Below are positions 61,590 through 64,000 of a stretch of 64,000 nucleotides of DNA, in pieces. Origin of the DNA: a virus (taxonomy: Duplodnaviria; Caudoviricetes). The position numbers were made by a program, and so were the translations under genes. Each line of letters starts with the position of its first letter. Within the stretch, counting starts at the first letter, position 1. The stretch lies in IMG/VR virus record IMGVR_UViG_3300015607_004160; one strand, given 5' to 3'. The notes below the pieces were generated by a model that did not search any database, was not told the DNA's origin, and worked only from the letters and a program-made list of their open reading frames with translations.

Positions 61590-62485
61590 ATTTGGTTATT
61601 ATTATATTTTTCTAAAAAGTCTACAACGTAGTTATCATTAACAAACTCTTTTATTTTAAAGAAATAATCGGTTGCAAATTGTCGAAACCATCCAGAACAT
61701 AAGTTAGTGCATATCCTCATTAATGCCCATTCTAATGCTTCGTTTGATGAAACCCAACTTGCTTTCCCAAAGATACCAGGTAACACTTTTCTTTCAAGTG
61801 CAATGACATAGGCTTCTTCTAATACACATTTACATTTGTTTTCAAATGAAAATCTATTCCACATATCTTTTTCACATTTAGCAATAGTTATATCCCTCTG
61901 CATATTTAAATACAGTGGTTTATCATAATGTGCAACTGCTTTATGAATATCATCGTGAATGAAATAAGATTTAACAAACCCCTTTGATTGTCCGAAAAAT
62001 TCAGTAATTGGTTTATTTAAAGATGGCGTTTTTAACTTACCAAGCCTTTCTTCGGTTTCTTTATAACGTAGTTTAGTAATATTATCTAAATAATCTCCTC
62101 CTAATTTTTCATTTAAAAAGGTATAGTCAACAATATGCTTATTAAATTTAATAGGGAAATGTATATGACTTTTCTTTAGAGAAAGTAAAACCTCTAAGGA
62201 AGCCCATTTTAATCCACGATCACTAGAATCAAAATCAAGGTATAACCGGAGTGAGCTGGACTCATCTGCAATTAGAACCTCTACATTTTCAGTATCGTAG
62301 AATGCTGACTTATTTTGAATTCCAATTAGTGAGGTGATACCATCTCCTTCCTTAATTTTTGATGGGTTTAATGTGCTAATCAAATATTGTAAATCAGATT
62401 TATATCCGATTAAATCAATATCCTTAACCTTCCTATTTAAAGATGGATAATGGTATGTAAGTGCTTTTGATCCAATAATTAACAT
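61571..62485 (-). CDS. Phage nucleotidyltransferase-like protein
   Basis: IIGS..DID (pol-beta NTase pattern); LKKSH, HDDIH, EEAYVIALER. Confidence 0.6.
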   Translation of the reverse strand: MLIIGSKALTYHYPSLNRKVKDIDLIGYKSDLQYLISTLNPSKIKEGDGITSLIGIQNKSAFYDTENVEVLIADESSSLRLYLDFDSSDRGLKWASLEVLLSLKKSHIHFPIKFNKHIVDYTFLNEKLGGDYLDNITKLRYKETEERLGKLKTPSLNKPITEFFGQSKGFVKSYFIHDDIHKAVAHYDKPLYLNMQRDITIAKCEKDMWNRFSFENKCKCVLEEAYVIALERKVLPGIFGKASWVSSNEALEWALMRICTNLCSGWFRQFATDYFFKIKEFVNDNYVVDFLEKYNNNQICRIKE

Positions 62486-62496
62486 AATATTATTTT

Positions 62497-62760
62497 TTAA
62501 TCATAAGATGATTCTTCACCATCCTCATAAGAAGACTCATATGAATCATAGGATTGTTCCTCATATGACATTTCATCATCATAATTTAGAAGATTATCAA
62601 TATTGAGAATTTTATCAGATACATCAACATCCAAATTTGACTTCGCAGCTTCTTCTAATAACTGTGATAATTGAAATTGAGCATCACTGTGTGAAATGCT
62701 TTTTTCCCGGCACATTTCTAATATACGGGATAGTTTTTTGTAGAAATCTACTATATTCAT
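62497..62760 (-). CDS. Hypothetical protein with Ser/Tyr/Glu tail
   Basis: Ends SYEEQSYDSYESSYEDGEESSYD. Confidence 0.65.
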   Translation of the reverse strand: MNIVDFYKKLSRILEMCREKSISHSDAQFQLSQLLEEAAKSNLDVDVSDKILNIDNLLNYDDEMSYEEQSYDSYESSYEDGEESSYD

Positions 62761-62766
62761 ATTTAT

Positions 62767-63012
62767 TTATTTTAAAATATCATCAATTATATGTTTTCTA
62801 AAATCTCCTTTGCTTATGAATCGACTATAATGATATGCTTGCCCGACTTTTATATCATTTATGACACATATCCAAAAATTTTCATCACCTGAATATACTT
62901 CAAGTGAATCAATTATATACTCTTTACCAACCGTTAAACTAGAACGATTATTTAAAATACAAATAACCTTTTCTCCTACGACAAATCCCTTATGTTCTTT
63001 TATTTCACCCAT
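62767..63012 (-). CDS. Hypothetical protein with C-terminal tag variant (RKHIIDDIL)
   Basis: 81-aa ORF. Confidence 0.65.
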   Translation of the reverse strand: MGEIKEHKGFVVGEKVICILNNRSSLTVGKEYIIDSLEVYSGDENFWICVINDIKVGQAYHYSRFISKGDFRKHIIDDILK

Positions 63013-63019
63013 ATAAACA

Positions 63020-63050
63020 CAAATATAATAACTTTTTGTAAAATTACAAA
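63020..63050 (-). promoter_or_regulatory. Bacteroidota-type (early) promoter
   Basis: TTTG, 19-nt spacer, TATATTTG. Confidence 0.7.
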
Positions 63051-63087
63051 ATCAAACTTACAATAATATATTCACTATATGAATTAG

Positions 63088-64000
63088 ATGGATAAAGTTT
63101 ATATAACAAATATAATTCGAAATATTTTAAACAATGAGTTTAAATCTGCCGAAAGGAGAAAGATACATGAATATCATGATCGTATTAATTTCTGTTGTTT
63201 TTATTGTGGTGATGGTAAAAGTGATCATAAAAAAAGAGGTAATTTATACTTCAATAAGTTAGTGTATGTATGTTTTAACTGTGGTAAGAAAACAAACTTT
63301 GACCGAGTTGCCAAAGACTATCATCAACAATTAGATCCTGATAAGAAAATGGAAATAATAAAGCATTTAGAAAATGCTGTTTCTTATAAAGACTATGAAG
63401 ATGACATAATGGAAACATCTTTGGATAAGATGTTGAACATAAAAGAAATAGAAGATATATTTACAAGTGGTGATTATGCAATAACAGATTTCCAACCAAT
63501 ACAAAAAAATAGTATCATTTTTAACTATTTAGTTGGTAGGGGAATATCACCACAATATCATAGGGATATTTACGAAGCAAAATATTGGTATAATTCAGAT
63601 AGGTATGAACCAATTATGTGCTTCCTAAACCGAAGAGGTGATAAGGTTCTCGGAGCTCAGGTTAGGAATATTAAAGAGGGCAAACGAAGAATGTTTAAAA
63701 TCTACAACTATGAAACACTATATAAGTGGATTCATAATGTTGAGGAAATTATAGATATAGATATTAATCAACTTGTTATTTATAATAAATTAAGTTATTA
63801 TTTTAATATTCTGAATGTTGACTTTGGACATATGATAACTATTTTTGAGGGGTATCTTGATTCACTTTTTTATCCAAATAGCATTGGGGTTGTGGGTGTT
63901 AATACAGATTTTAAATTCTTGGAAAACAATAACTTAGAGATACAATTTTTTCTTGATAATGATAGTGCGGGATATGAACAATCTGAAAAGAAATTAAGAG
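63088..64000 (+). CDS. T4 gp61-like DNA primase (partial, runs off the window; absent from the ORF track)
   Basis: My translation: MDKVYI..INFCCFYCGDGKSDHKKRGNLY..CFNCG..YLVGRG..IFEGYLDSLF..FLDND; AAAC-N18-TATA upstream. Confidence 0.85.
   Translation, partial: MDKVYITNIIRNILNNEFKSAERRKIHEYHDRINFCCFYCGDGKSDHKKRGNLYFNKLVYVCFNCGKKTNFDRVAKDYHQQLDPDKKMEIIKHLENAVSYKDYEDDIMETSLDKMLNIKEIEDIFTSGDYAITDFQPIQKNSIIFNYLVGRGISPQYHRDIYEAKYWYNSDRYEPIMCFLNRRGDKVLGAQVRNIKEGKRRMFKIYNYETLYKWIHNVEEIIDIDINQLVIYNKLSYYFNILNVDFGHMITIFEGYLDSLFYPNSIGVVGVNTDFKFLENNNLEIQFFLDNDSAGYEQSEKKLR

Larger units (their letters stand above)
1..64000. other. Segment of a jumbo/huge T4-like phage genome, probable Bacteroidota host
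   Basis: T4-type topo II (gp39+60, gp52), gp61-like primase and RNase H sit among dense orphan ORFs and homing endonucleases. Host-like genes (fusA, nusG, adk, clpP) lack their bacterial operon context. Bacteroidota-type promoters. Confidence 0.9.

Noticed and set aside
1-64000. Alternative genetic code (TAG/TGA recoding) as in some huge phages
   Set aside because: Code 11 gives dense full-length ORFs; TAG (3587, 49922) and TGA (2799, 42239) act as stops.
1-64000. Bacterial chromosome interpretation (fusA, nusG, adk, clpP, trxB)
   Set aside because: The genes lack their conserved operon neighbours and are mixed with T4-type topoisomerase/primase genes, homing endonucleases and orphans.
1-64000. 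CRISPR array, tRNA or rRNA
   Set aside because: No regularly spaced direct repeats or cloverleaf motifs were seen by eye; tRNAscan-SE and a CRISPR finder would confirm.

Overview
A 64-kb segment of a very large, AT-rich, T4-like dsDNA phage (jumbo/'huge' phage). Bacteroidota -33 TTTG / -7 TAnnTTTG promoters and no obvious Shine-Dalgarno sites point to a Bacteroidota host. Genetic code 11 reads normally. Replication genes: T4-type topoisomerase II subunits, gp61-like primase plus a second TOPRIM protein, RNase H/5'-3' exonuclease and other nucleases. Host-like genes: EF-G, an L7/L12 domain, NusG, ClpP, TrxB, Adk, IscA, CCA-adding enzyme, SpoT-type HD hydrolase, RfbA, glycosyl- and pyruvyl-transferases, rhomboid and M16 proteases, radical SAM. 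There are three free-standing homing endonucleases and many small orphan ORFs. No rRNA, tRNA or CRISPR was seen. The main unexplained structure is a pair of mutually exclusive peptide tags. About 18 unrelated small proteins end in R-[DEN]-x-K-[IL]-x-x-[IL]-[IL]. About 18 different proteins start with M-K-x-[IL]-K-x-[FY]-x(0-5)-E, which resembles the T4 capsid-targeting sequence. The tags track promoter class: host-type or AAAC-N15-18-TATA promoters for the C-tag, TAATATATA for the N-tag. Several single-base frameshifts are probably sequencing indels.
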